Source: Octopus vulgaris
Lineage: Eukaryota
DNA length: 64,000 bases
Reading direction: 5' to 3'
Assembly (NCBI GenBank): GCA_951406725.2
Contig: OX597837.1
Coordinates: 42,284,001-42,348,000 of the forward strand
The notes beneath the pieces were generated by a model. The model was not told where the DNA came from, made no database searches, and worked only from the letters and a program-made list of their open reading frames with translations. A program made the translations under genes and the position numbers. This document shows, in pieces, positions 1-11,750 of this stretch (position 1 is the first letter of the stretch; each line of letters starts with the position of its first letter).

Positions 1-224
1 TTATTCTTTGTAAGCCGAGTACTTATTCTATCGGTAAGTTACGGGTGCATAAGCACACCAGAATCGGTTGTCGTATATATACATATACATATATACAATG
101 GGCTTCTTTCAGTTCCTGTCTACCAAATCCACTCACAAGGCTTTGGTCGGCCCGAGGCTTTAGTAGAAGACACTTGCCCAAGGTGCCACGCAGTGGGACT
201 GAACCCGGAACCATGTGGTTAGTC
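1..224 (-). mobile_element. tRNA-headed SINE family 1, partial copy cut by window start
   Basis: Reverse complement matches the full copies at 8236-8647 and 39284-39699 (ccatgtggtt...gtgccacgcagtgggactgaacccgg). Two more decayed copies follow at about 250-487 and 675-1055. Confidence 0.85.
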
Positions 225-2789
225 AAATAAATCGAATACCGACTCTCTTTCTCATTTTAAAGTCTGGTCCTTATTCTATTGACCTCTTTTTGCTGAACCA
301 CTAAGTTATGGGGATGTTAACAAACACTGGTTCTCAATCAATGGAGTACACACACACAGTTTCTGTGTACAAAATCCATTCAAAAGGCCCTGGTCAGCCC
401 AGAGCTATAGTAAAAGACAGGTGCTGCGCAGTGGGACTGAAACCAAGACCACATGGTTGAGAAGCAAGCTTCCTGACCACACAGCCAAAATACTTTATAT
501 TGGTTACAGACACCACAACAAGTTAAAAATCCCTCCAATGTCAACTTCACTTTTCATTCTTCCAAGGGCAACAAAATAAGTACCAGTTATGTCTAGGGTT
601 GACATAAAATGACCGAACTGTCGTCCAAACATTTGCAATGTTATTTTCTGCAGACATTACCTTCTTTCTTTTAACTTTAACTTATTCCAATCACTGGACT
701 GCAACCACACAGGGGCTCTGTCTAGAAGGATTTTGTCAAACAAACTGACCCCAGTAGTTATCCTTTTTTTGTTGTTGTTTTTGAACTTTAGTACTTATTC
801 TTTTGATCTCTTTTGATGAACTGCTAAGTTACAAGGTAGACGTACAAATACTGGTTGCCAAGCAGAGGAAGGACAAATGTAAAGACACACACACACACAC
901 ACGATAGCCTTTCACAAGCCTCAAGATACCATATTCACTCACAAAGTATTGGTTGGCCGGGGTCTATCCTAAAAACATTTGCCCAAGGTGCTGTGCAGTG
1001 GGACTTGAACCTAAACCCAAATGGCTCCAAAACAATCTTCTTAACCACATAGCCATGTTTGCACTTAAAAATCTTATTTATTGTAACTGGACACTAGAAT
1101 CAGTATGGCTCCCTTATCCTATTTCATTATTTTATTTTCTATCTTTGTGGGGCCTGATAAACTATATATATATATATATATATACACACCAGTCAATTAC
1201 CAGGAGGAAGTCCATTAAATTCTCTACCCTATACCCTCAACAAAATTCCATGGCTTTGTGCCAAAGTTAGAAATCATTATTGCCAATATTATTATTGTTG
1301 TTATTGTTACCGTCATTATTATTATTATTGTTGTTGTTGTTATTTTTATTGTATCTCGCAAAGTTGATATATTAGACTGTTAGTGGCAAAACTACAGTGC
1401 GAAGGAAACGTTGAATACAGCACTGACCTTGTCTTGTACCAGAGCAAAGGCTACTGTTCTTTAAAAATACTGGAAATAATAACTATATTTTCAGCCATTT
1501 TATCATGCAAGATTTCAATGCAAAATCTATTTCTCATGTAATTTTTCCCATTCTTTCTCATCCACTCACACCACCTCTCTCTCTCTCTCTCTCTCTCTAT
1601 GTCTACCCCCTGCAATATCTCTCTCTTTATCATGAGCGCTTTCTTTTACTCCTTTGCACTCCTACTTTCTTACTCTCTATGCTTCTATATTTAATGCCCA
1701 CACACACACACACACACACAGAGTCTTCTACTGTTGCGCTTTCTATGTCTGTTCTGTTGCTGGCCATTCATCTAACAATTAGCCTATATGTGCAATATAC
1801 AATTTGAGTATATTATATGAATAGTTTATATAAATATAAGTTTCGGCATTGAATTAGAAATTTAGAAGTCCAGTCCTGTACGTAGCTTTTTGACATTATC
1901 TCCATTAGGTTTTTAAAGTTTAATTCAATTCTAAATGCCCAAGACCTGAGGCTAATGCATTGTCGTTCAGAGAATTATCAAAGAACTCATTTGAATAGAA
2001 TATTAATTTCAGAAAAACGAAAAAAAAAAAGAAAAAAAGAGAAAAAGATGGGTGAGGAAGCAGAATTAAGAAAGTCAGAGTTATAGTCCTTACCCACCAA
2101 CAACACTACACTATAGCACAAAAATAACTTTTTCTCTGTCTGTCTGTCTGTCTCTCTCTCAAAACAAGACATTAGATGATGGTAAGCGAAAGGTCCCTAC
2201 AGTGGTTAATAAGCTGATGTTGAACAATATATGGAAATACAGCTGACCTTTGGTCTTATGGATTCCCACCGATTTCTCTCACATGGGAATATATAGTCTG
2301 AGAATGTAAAAGAGTTGGAGGTGGGCGGAGTGAGGCCTCTTATAGTATTTTTATTTCAGGAATGGAAGAAGCATTAATAATATTAGTGAAGTGAAATATT
2401 GCCTGTATGACTCGGGCCACACAAAAAAAATAAAAATAAATAAAAATAAAAAAAATAAAACTGCATCTACTTTAAGGCACTTAGTGTATGGTAATACTAA
2501 AATGCAATGAAAATAATGGTTTCAAATTTTGGCACAGGGCAGCAGATTTTGAGGGGAGGGGAAGTTGATTATGTCAACCCCAGTGCTTGACTGTACTTAT
2601 TTTGTCGACCTCAAAAGAATGAAAGGCAAAGATGACCTCAGCAAAATCTGAACTCAGAATGTAAAGACAGATGAAATACCACCGAGTATTTTTGTCTGGT
2701 ATGCTAATAATTTTGCCAATTAACCGCCTTACAAAATAATATAATGAAAATAATAATAATACAAATAATGAGGATGATTTGTTATATCA

Positions 2790-3220
2790 TCATCAAGGTT
2801 TAACATCTCCTTTCCATGCTGGCATGGGTTGGATGATTTGACAGGACCTGACGATCCACAGAGGTGCATCAAGCTCCCATGTCAGCATAGTTTCTTATTT
2901 CTTTACTGCCCACAAGGGGTTACACAAAGAGGGGACAAACAAGGACAGACAAACGGATTAAGTTGATTATATCGACGACAGTGCGTAACTGGTACTTATT
3001 TAATTGACCCCGAAAGAATGAAAGGCAAAGTCAACCTTGGTGGAATTTGAACTCAGCACATAGCGGCAGACGAAATACCGCTAAGCATTTCGCTCGGCAC
3101 GCTAATGGTTCCGCCAGCTCACTGCCTTATGTCAGCATAGTTTCTACAGTTGGTTGTCCTTCCTAATGCCAACCACTAAACAGTGTGTACTGGCACTTTC
3201 CTCTGGCAACCGGTACATGA
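2790..3220 (-). mobile_element. RTE-like LINE 3' tail, interrupted by a SINE family 2 insertion
   Basis: catcatc...ttccatgctggcatgggttgga...cttcctaatgccaaccac motif shared with more than 10 copies in the window; (GAT)n tail on the minus strand. RTE assignment is by recognition, not by search. Confidence 0.7.
2896..3128 (-). mobile_element. SINE family 2, full length, 17-bp TSD
   Basis: TSD atgtcagcatagtttct at 2879-2895 and 3129-3145; body matches the copies at 17191, 26444 and 47115. Confidence 0.9.
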
Positions 3221-3520
3221 AAACAACGCTGCTGTTTTGGTACATTTGTACACATTTGTAAAGAGGGACATCATCAAATGCTTCGAAACCAGCATATAAG
3301 AACTCATTTTATCAACCAAACAAAGACAAAACACATCAAAACAGCTTCGGTCAACCAAATTCACTCACAAGGCACTAACCAGACCAGGACTAAAGTAGAA
3401 GTTTGAGGCATTGAACCTGAAACTACATGGGTGCAAAGTGAACTTCTTAACTACACAGTCATGTCTGTACCTAAATATATATATATATCTGTAAATGTAA
3501 TATGTGACAATTATTTGGTA

Positions 3521-3590
3521 TCCATGATAATACTCCGAGTTTCGGATGCCAAGGTGGAAATCCATGCCACCATCTCCTCAGTTATCTGGC
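3521..3590 (-). ncRNA. Type I hammerhead ribozyme (family A, left arm)
   Basis: Minus strand reads gccagataa CTGAGGA gatggtgg..ccac..catcc GAAA ctcggag TA ttatcatgg; GUA triplet. Confidence 0.75.
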
Positions 3591-3666
3591 CATCGGAAAA
3601 ATGTTATGGAAAATGACCGTTATACAAAGGGAAATAATGGCCATTTTTCATAGCATTTTTCCGATG

Positions 3667-3736
3667 GCCAGATAACTGATGAGATGGTGGCATTGATTTC
3701 CACCTCGGTGTCCGAAACTCAGAGTTTTATCATGGC
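3667..3736 (+). ncRNA. Type I hammerhead ribozyme (family A, right arm)
   Basis: Stem I GCCA-GATAA/TTATC-A-TGGC; core CTGATGA at 3676-3682; stem II GATG-GTGG...CCAC...; GAAA at 3714-3717; minimal palindromic stem III ACTC-A-GAGT; GUU triplet. Confidence 0.75.
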
Positions 3737-3844
3737 TACCGAATAATTATCACATATTACATTTACAGATAAATTTCCTCTTTATTTACATAATATTGAG
3801 GTCTCTTTCTTTCTTTTGTTGTCTTACTGTTATCAATATATACA

Positions 3845-3892
<48 letters not shown>

Positions 3893-4975
3893 ATATATAT
3901 ATATATACATGCACACACAGAAATATTTACACACACGTAAATATTTACATATGTGCATATGCATGTACGTGCATGGATACATACATACACACATGCATAC
4001 AAACAAAACCAATATTGCATTGTTTGCTGCAGCTAAAAGATTGGGCTCACATTTCTGCTTTGGAATAAATAAACTTTCTCGATTCTTTTTTCCTTTTTCT
4101 TGCTTCTTTTTTTTTTTTTTTGTTTTTTTTTTGTTTTTTTTTAAATCAAATTTTTGAATGAATTTGCTATAATTTCACTAAACTGAACAACAGCCATCAA
4201 AATAATAAGCTCATGTTTTCATTAAACATTCATCGAAAGCGAACAACTACACAACAACAACAACAACAACAGCAATGACAACAACAACTACCAAATTGCA
4301 GAAATTAAATCAATGATATTCTAAGAGCAACAACAGAAACAACAACAACAACAATAATAATAATAGCAACAACAACAACAACAACAATAACAACAACACC
4401 AGCAGTGGTAGTAGCACTATAATAGTTACCGCTGAACACACCACTGTTATTATTCATTGACCTGTGTGTGGTTTCCACCCAAATTGCTACAATAACCACG
4501 ACAAATTTCTCTGTAATCAGCAAGCATTTATAAAGTTGAAATTTATGTTGGCTCTCCACCCCCTGTTTCTCACACAACTTCGTATATGTTGCACGTGCAT
4601 GTGTGTGTGTACGAGCATGCACACATACACAGACACACGCACACTCCCCCACTGTATTATAACAATCGTACTGCAATTATCTTGATATACGAGAACATAG
4701 AAATCATTGAAAGAACAACAACTTGTATGTTTCGCAAAGTTCCTAATTTTTCATAATAACGATAATGACAATGGCGGTGAAGATAATGGAGGACGTGGTG
4801 ATCATTATGATCAAAATCATCATCATCATCATCATCACTAGCATCATCATCATCATCATCATCAACATCAGCATTTCTTTACACTTTAAACATAGGCTCC
4901 AATTACATATGAAGGTGACAAGGTGATATTGTCAACAGCATTTATAAGGGTATATATACATATATATATATATAT

Positions 4976-5298
4976 ATCACCGTGATCACCGTGACCGACC
5001 AGGCTATAAGATGTTGCTACACATCGCTGGTCACAATGCACTTCGCATTGTTTTTTAGCCTTCAAATGATGCCAACCTGCTGGCTGAAAGCGAGCAGGCC
5101 AATAGAAGAAAGAATGAGAGAAAGTTGTGGTGAAAGAGTACAGCAGGGATCGCATCTCCACCACCCCCTGCCGGAGCCTCGTGGAGCTTTAGGTGTTTTC
5201 GCTCAATAAACACTCACAACGCCCGGACTGGGAATCGAAACCGCGATCCTATGACCATGAGTCTGCTGCCCTAACCACTGGGCCATTGCGCCTCCACA
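4976..5298 (-). mobile_element. SINE family 3 (tRNA head), tail variant A
   Basis: Minus-strand head tgtggaggcgcaatggcccagtggttagggcag...gtttcgattcccag with A/B boxes; tail differs from the copies at 5542, 34736 and 56667. Confidence 0.85.
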
Positions 5299-5299
5299 T

Positions 5300-5331
<32 letters not shown>

Positions 5332-5541
5332 TATTAACTCTCCAAGATTGATTATTTGCAAATGGCCAGCCTGCCCCACCTTAGAGGATATTGGAAACTT
5401 GAGGTACCTAAAGAAATATTATAGCTAATGCTTTTGAGTTCACCTGTCAATCTGCATTAATGCCACCACTCAGCTGGTGCTGTGATTGAAGATGATGACA
5501 GTGATAGTGATGTAGAAGATCGCTGCTGTTGTTGTTGTTAA

Positions 5542-6112
5542 TCAACAAGACAGGTAAGGGTGATTAGGTGATGGTTTAGGGCTTAAGGTGGGAGACCCCA
5601 GACTTTGGGAAAAAAAAAAAAAACTTTGGTCGTCTTGTTGTAGTCGAGGGCTCTTTGTTGATGCCCGACACCACTGGGAGGTGGCCCTCGAAGTCGCTGG
5701 AAATGGAGATCTCCCAGTCCAAATTCTTGAATGGCTGCTGCTGCTGAGCGAGCAAATGGTCTTCATCCCAGAGCTGAGGTGGGAGAAGTCCGAAATGTGG
5801 TCCTTTGCTATTCGTAAGACCCACAGAAGAGAAAGCAGGTCAACTCCCGACACCAAGAGCATCGACAGATGGATGAATGCACATCCAGGCTCAGCGGTTG
5901 CGTAGGAAGTTGGGGACAAGAAACAGGAAGAAAGAGTGAGAGAATGTTAGGGCGAAAGAGTACAACAGGGGTCGCCACCACCCTTTGCCGGAGCCTCGTG
6001 GAGCTTTAGGTGTTTTCGCTCAATAAACACACACAATGCCCGATCTGCGAATCGAAACCGCAATACTTTGACTGCAGGTCCGCTGCCCTAACCACTGGGC
6101 CATTGTGCCTCA
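5542..6112 (-). mobile_element. SINE family 3 head with long (about 370 bp) tail variant B
   Basis: Head and body at 5920-6112 match family 3; a GC-rich tail unique in this window occupies about 5542-5915. Confidence 0.75.
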
Positions 6113-6464
6113 ACTGCTGCTGCTGATGACAATGACGGTGGTGATGGTGATGAAAAAGACTGCTGATAAAGACAATGATGATGACAGTGGTGATGAAGAT
6201 TGCTAATAAAATCAATGATGGGGGGGGGGGGGTGAAAGCCGCTGTCACTTGATGACAACTACACCCATGATGATTACTACTCTCGCCGCTATGATGATGA
6301 TGATGGTGATGAGAAAGGAAGCAACAACCAGAATGTTGAGGATGGTGATGACGATAATATTGATGACAATGCGAATGAAGTTGAAGCCGATGACAATTAC
6401 AGTGGAAATAGCACTATCCTGGAGCCAAGGACTATTATTACACACCACACTGAAGGCGGGGCGA

Positions 6465-6778
6465 AGGAGGAGGAGGAGGAGAAGAAGAAGAAGAAGAAGA
6501 AGAAGAAGAAGAAGAAGAAGAAGAAGAAGAAGAAGAAGAAGAAGACAAAGAAGAAGATGAAAAAGAAGAAGAAGAATTAGAAGAAGAAGAAGAAGAAGAA
6601 GAAGAAGAAGAAGAAGAAGAAGAAGAAGAAGAAGAAGAAGAATTAGAAGAAGAAGAAGTAGAAGAATTAGAAGAAGAAGAAGAAGAAGAAGAAGAAGAAG
6701 AAGAAGAAGAAGAAGATGAAAAAGAAGAAGAAGAAGAAGAAGAAGAAGAAGAAGAAGAAGAAGAAGAAGAAGAAGAGG
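6465..6778 (+). repeat. (GAA)n microsatellite, about 310 bp
   Basis: Near-pure GAA run with a few GAT/TTA interruptions; internally duplicated block gatgaaaaagaag. Confidence 0.97.
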
Positions 6779-7062
6779 ACTGCAGTCTAGAATTTCCTGG
6801 CAAGAATCTCGAATAACTGGCTGGAAACTTTTTCCAGGCTAATTGTTTGATATGGCTGCGTTCATTGGTAATGACACCAATACAGTTATTGATGGATATA
6901 CTAGTTTCAAGTCCTCTAGGTCACTAACCATGTGCCATCTTACCGCGTTTGCTATACTTGGAAATTTACAGATTGGAAAATACATTTGTTTCACCATCTA
7001 TCTGGAAGCTTTTTCATTTTAGCAACAGAATAGGAAGTAAGAAGAGAGCAAGACACACAGAA

Positions 7063-7064
<2 letters not shown>

Positions 7065-7121
<57 letters not shown>

Positions 7122-7124
7122 CAC

Positions 7125-7155
<31 letters not shown>

Positions 7156-7202
7156 CATATATATATATATACATATACATATATATATATATACAATATA
7201 TA

Positions 7203-7282
<80 letters not shown>

Positions 7283-7302
7283 ACACATATATATATATAC
7301 AC

Positions 7303-7365
<63 letters not shown>

Positions 7366-7494
7366 TATATATATACGTATATATATATATATATATACAT
7401 ACATATATATACATATATGCATATATATATATACATATATACATACATACATACATATATATATATACATATAAACATACATACATATATACAT

Positions 7495-7550
<56 letters not shown>

Positions 7551-7600
7551 TATACATATACATATACATATATACATATACATATATATATATATACATA
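7065..7600. repeat. Compound (TA)n/(TACA)n microsatellite
   Basis: Direct reading; source of the MYIY-type ORFs. Confidence 0.97.
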
Positions 7601-8235
7601 CAGTTAGAGGTAGAGAGAGATTGAGAGAGAGGTAGGAAAATAAAATGAAAGAAAAAAGGAGAGTGTTGGTTTAAAAGTCAAATTTAAAAATACCCACAGC
7701 CTGTCAGATATCTCCTTCTAATGCAAGAAAACATCAGCTTTTCTTGAAAATAATCTCCTGTGTCAGACCATATTTGTTATCTTTTAATGGTGTTATAAAC
7801 AGTTTCACACATTCAACACGTTATTTTTCCACATTTACAACGCTGAAATACTTTCATCGTAAGTAAATAAAAGTAAGCCACCGTTGCAGCCGTTCCCCCT
7901 GATCCAAAGAAGTTTCTCAACACAGGGTTTCCACGTAGAGTTTATTGCAGGTTGATAGCTGAGGGAGGGATAGAAGAAATGAGAAGGTGTGACATTCATG
8001 GCTCTCCCGAGACTTATTAGTAACAATAAATTCAATCAATATTTCTCTTTTTCTTTGATTACTACAAAATTTACTTTCGTCTACACAAGGACTACATTAG
8101 TTATTGGGATTGTTGCAAAAAAGGGAGAGATGGTTAGCACTCCCCTTGACAAGGACGGAAGAGATCAATCGATCTTTCTAACACATATGGGCATTGCTCT
8201 CTACTTTAGAGCAACCTATTTTTAAACAATTTTTA

Positions 8236-8647
8236 GGCGCAGGAGTGGCTATGTGGTAAGAAGCTTGCTTACCAACCACATGGTTCCGGGTTCAGTCCCA
8301 CTGCGTGGCACCTTGGGCAAGTATCTTCTGCTATAGCCCCGAGCCAACCAATGCCTTGTGAGTGGATTTGGTCGACGGAAACTGAAAGAAGCCTGTCGTA
8401 TATATGTGTATATATATATGTATGTGTGTGTATATGTTTGTGTGTCTGTGTTTGTCCCCCTAGCATTGCTTGACAACCGATGCTGGTGTGTTTACGTCCC
8501 CCGTAACTTAGCGGTTCGGCAAAAGAGACCGATAGAATAAGTACTGGGCTTACAAAGAATAAATCCCGGGGTCGATTTGCTCGACTAAAGGCGGTGCTCC
8601 AGCATGGCCGCAGTCAAATGACTGAAACACGTAAAAGAGAAAAGAGT
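8236..8647 (+). mobile_element. SINE family 1, full length
   Basis: tRNA-like head ggcgcaggagtggct..tggtaag...gggttcagtccc (A and B boxes), internal (TA/TG)n, tail gtaaaagag repeats; near-identical copies at 19642, 37171, 39284 and 41285. Confidence 0.92.
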
Positions 8648-8824
8648 GAAGAGATTCTGGTAATTGGCAATTATAGATATATATACAGCAATCAGTTTTG
8701 CCTCAGAAGCAAAAATATAATACAGCCAAAACAAAAATACAAAATACTAGTGACCAAGCAAGGCTTTGCAATATATACCAAAATTGCTCAGTAATAATAT
8801 GTACCAAGATGGCTTAGTAACATG

Positions 8825-9381
8825 CAGGGCTGTGAAGTCGAAAGCAAAAACTTCAACTTTGACCCCTCTACTATTGGCACATCTGACTCCGACTCCCTTT
8901 TTCATCCCTTTCAGGGTCAATAAAATAAGTACTAGTTGAGCACAAGGGTCAATGTAATCAACTTGCCTCTCTCCTACTCAAAATTGCTGGCCTTGTGCCA
9001 AAATTTGTAACCATCATCATTATCATCATTATTATTATTATTATTGAGTGAAAGAGCATTACATGCCATCAAAGTGACACTGGGGTAAATGATTGTGGTC
9101 TATTTTACTGACTCCAGCTACCCCCTAACCCTTTCGTTACTGTATTTATTTTGAGATGCTCTGTGTTTCTTGCAATTACTTCAAATATAACAAAGAATTT
9201 AGTAAAATAACTTCGTTATCATTCAGCTAGTGTTGGGAACGTAAATTGCGACTAAGGCTGGGTGGAATATTTTAATTCAAAACTTATGAAAACAAGACAT
9301 TTAACCACAGAGCCAGAGCTGGTTTTGGCTGGGTTGGTCACAAAAGGGTTAATTGTTCCTGACTCTGACTCCACAGCCATG
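8825..9381. mobile_element. hAT-like MITE (TIR cagggctgtg.agtcg / .gactccacagcc.tg) containing nested insertions
   Basis: Terminal inverted repeats at 8825-8840 and 9366-9381, internal gactcc repeats, and an imperfect flanking duplication (gtaacatg / gtaaccacg). Confidence 0.6.
9125..9352. mobile_element. piggyBac-type (TTAA) MITE, family 2
   Basis: ctaaCCCTTT...AAAGGGttaa ends; older related copies near 19471-19620 and 39725-39942. Confidence 0.65.
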
Positions 9382-9847
9382 GTAACCACGTACCAAGAAG
9401 CTAGAAATGGCCTGGTAACATGTACAATAACTACTTTCAAACACAGATACAATGTTTGGGAAAACAAATGGAATGGTCACATTTGGAATAATTTTGATCA
9501 TAAGAGTGGCCTGGCTCAAAGAGGGGCCAATAGATTTCAGAATTAGTTGAGTACCAGATAATTTTGATAATTTTGAGACTTAACATGTCTCAAACCTTTC
9601 GTTTTTGAGCCAGTGGGACATCCAAGATGTGGTTGCTGGAAGGCAAGGCAGCTGCACTCACCTGGCTAATATTCATTTCAGGTAAACAGACTGGAATAAT
9701 GTGAAATTAAATGAAGCATCTTACTCAAAAACACAACATACCACCCAGTTCAGTAATTGAACCCACAACCTCATGAACACGAGCCACGCTATAATAATGT
9801 CGATCCAGTGCGAGCAGCCTCTGTACAGGTGATAAACTTACAAGAAC

Positions 9848-10060
9848 TGTGTGTGTATGTGTATGTGTCTGTGTTTGTCCCCCTAGCATTGCTTGACAAC
9901 TGATGCTGGTGTGTTTACGTCCCCGTCACTTAGCGGTTCGGCAAAAGAGACCGATAGAATAAGTACTGGGCTTACAAAGAATAAGTCCCGGGGTCGATTT
10001 GCTCGACTAAAGGCGGTGCTCCAGCATGGTCGCAGTCAAATGACTGAAACAAGTAAAAGA
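9848..10060 (+). mobile_element. SINE family 1, 3' half
   Basis: Near-identical to the 3' half of 8236-8647. Confidence 0.9.
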
Positions 10061-10546
10061 GTAACTAGCACTGAAATCACCTTCAGATGATGCAATATCA
10101 TCTTGAAAGACAGCAAGGACACATTGCGTAATATAATTTCTGTTTATACTAAAAGAGAAGAGGGATGGTCAAGGCTGGATCGGAGCTGACTTGAGGCGAA
10201 ACAACAACAACAACAATAACTATAGGTGTAGCTAAAAGAGCCTGAATTAAATGCCTGTTGTGCATTACAGATTGGAACTAAAAGCTGAAATAGACAAATG
10301 TCAATTTAAGCACACCTTCTCTATATTATTTATGTACCTACTACACACATACACGTTCAGAGAGACAGATAGACATATTCCATTAAGAAAGGTGTGTTCA
10401 TACTTATAACCACAGTTGTAAAAACATACCAGAAAACTCATGACTTTTTCATGAATGAAGTAAACAAATTTCATTTCATTGTTTTGCTATAAAATGCATA
10501 AATAAGATATAAAAATAGTAAAAAGTAGTGGGGGAGGGGTGTTCCT

Positions 10547-10547
<1 letters not shown>

Positions 10548-10578
<31 letters not shown>

Positions 10579-10795
10579 TAATAATTGTTTGTGTTGGTAT
10601 AAAAGATGGGCTACAGCAAATATTCTGCTCTATACCACAGATTTGCTTGTCAGTTGTTTGACCTTAACCAGTTGAGCATGTCCCTTAGTGGCTGACGATA
10701 TGTGCATCTCTGATCACGAGCAGAAGTAGTGGGGGAACATCACGGCCATGGGTTGAGAGGAATTCTTTAGGGTTTGAATAATTCACCTTTGGAAA
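10548..10795 (-). mobile_element. Probable retroposon 3' end with (TTA)n tail
   Basis: Non-simple sequence abutting an (AAT)n tract; single copy here, so classification is inferential. Confidence 0.4.
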
Positions 10796-10877
10796 TAATA
10801 GGTGGTTCATTCAACATCCTTAAACATTCGCACAAAGACCATACTGTTCCATATTGTTTCTTTTAGAAGTGTATTTA

Positions 10878-11090
10878 GTGGAGGCATGTGGTTTAGTAGT
10901 TAGGTTGCTAGACTCATGCTTGCCAGATTGCAGTTTCAATTCCTGGGCTGGGTGACACATCGTGTTCTTGAGCAAAACACTTCATTTCACATGGCTCCAG
11001 TCCACTCAGCTAGTAAAAATAAGTAATCCTGTGAGGTGGGGTATATACACCACAGAAACCAGGAAATCAGCTCTGTGAGTCTATATGACT
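10878..11090 (+). mobile_element. Old tRNA-headed SINE with CORE-like middle
   Basis: Decayed A/B boxes, then gtgttcttgagcaaaacacttcatttcac...ccagtccactcagc; relatives at about 9640-9790 (-) and 25140-25365 (-). Confidence 0.55.
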
Positions 11091-11333
11091 CGAAAAGAAT
11101 CTATTTATGTATTGCGTCCTTCATACTATCAAGAACAATTATGAGTGATTTGATGCAGATTTGGTTGCTATTTCTAGCATGTAAGGCAATAGGAGTAGAG
11201 ACTTCTTCAAAGACTTGGTGTTGAGAGTGATTTATATTGTTGTAATGACTTACTATCATGAAGAATTAGTACCAAAAGTTGTGAGTTCTTGTCCTGCAAC
11301 ATCCCATTACATCAATCCCACATCCACTTCTTG

Positions 11334-11750
11334 GGATCTCTTCAGTTTGACCGGCAGTTTTTTCTAGCGGTGTCATATGAAATGGTCACCTATAATTATG
11401 AGCCTAGTATCGATCTATTGCATTTCAATCTGTTTTAGGGTTAGGGTTAGGGGTGGGGGGAAGGGAATCTTTTTTCTTCAGAAATGTAAATAAACCAAAT
11501 CTGTTTCTTAAACGAGGGACATATTCATACAGCACAGAATGTTTTCACCTCAATAGACACCATTGATTGGTTGAAATTGCAGAAATTGAAGAAAAAAACC
11601 CAAAAAATATCTTACAAACTATAAAATTTTCTCAATAAAGCCAAGAGAAAAAGATGTTTTATAAACAGATTCTACCAGTATACGAAGTTTAAAAGTGTTT
11701 AGTTGCGTGGAAATTATTTTAACAAACTGCCGGTCAAACAGAAAAGATCC
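11334..11750. mobile_element. GGATC-ended MITE with internal TTAGGG repeats, copy 1
   Basis: About 30-bp TIRs GGATC..TTC.GTTTGA.CGGCAGTTT / AAACTGCCG.TCAAAC.GAAAAGATCC; same element at 58452 and 61043. Confidence 0.9.

Larger units (their letters stand above)
3486..3836. mobile_element. Fold-back Penelope-like (pLTR-type) element, family A, in (TA)n
   Basis: Inverted arms 3486-3623 and 3634-3771 (138 bp, about 90% identical, 10-bp spacer). The + copy runs on to 3836. (TA)n on both flanks; second family member at 16576-16726. Confidence 0.8.

Noticed and set aside
6249-6803. Poly-Arg / poly-Ser / poly-Glu ORFs
   Set aside because: Product of the (GAA)n tract; no splice or codon evidence.
6949-7599. 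Long ORFs rich in Y/I/M/C/V/H/T here and at about 14, 22-24, 42, 44, 49 and 52-54 kb
   Set aside because: Translations of (TA)n/(TG)n/(CA)n microsatellites, which lack stop codons.
8236-8312. tRNA genes at SINE heads
   Set aside because: A/B boxes are present but the cloverleaf is imperfect, and each head continues into a repeated SINE body.
11435-11460. TTAGGG repeats as a telomere or chromosome-fusion scar
   Set aside because: Only 2-4 units, always at the same internal position of a MITE.
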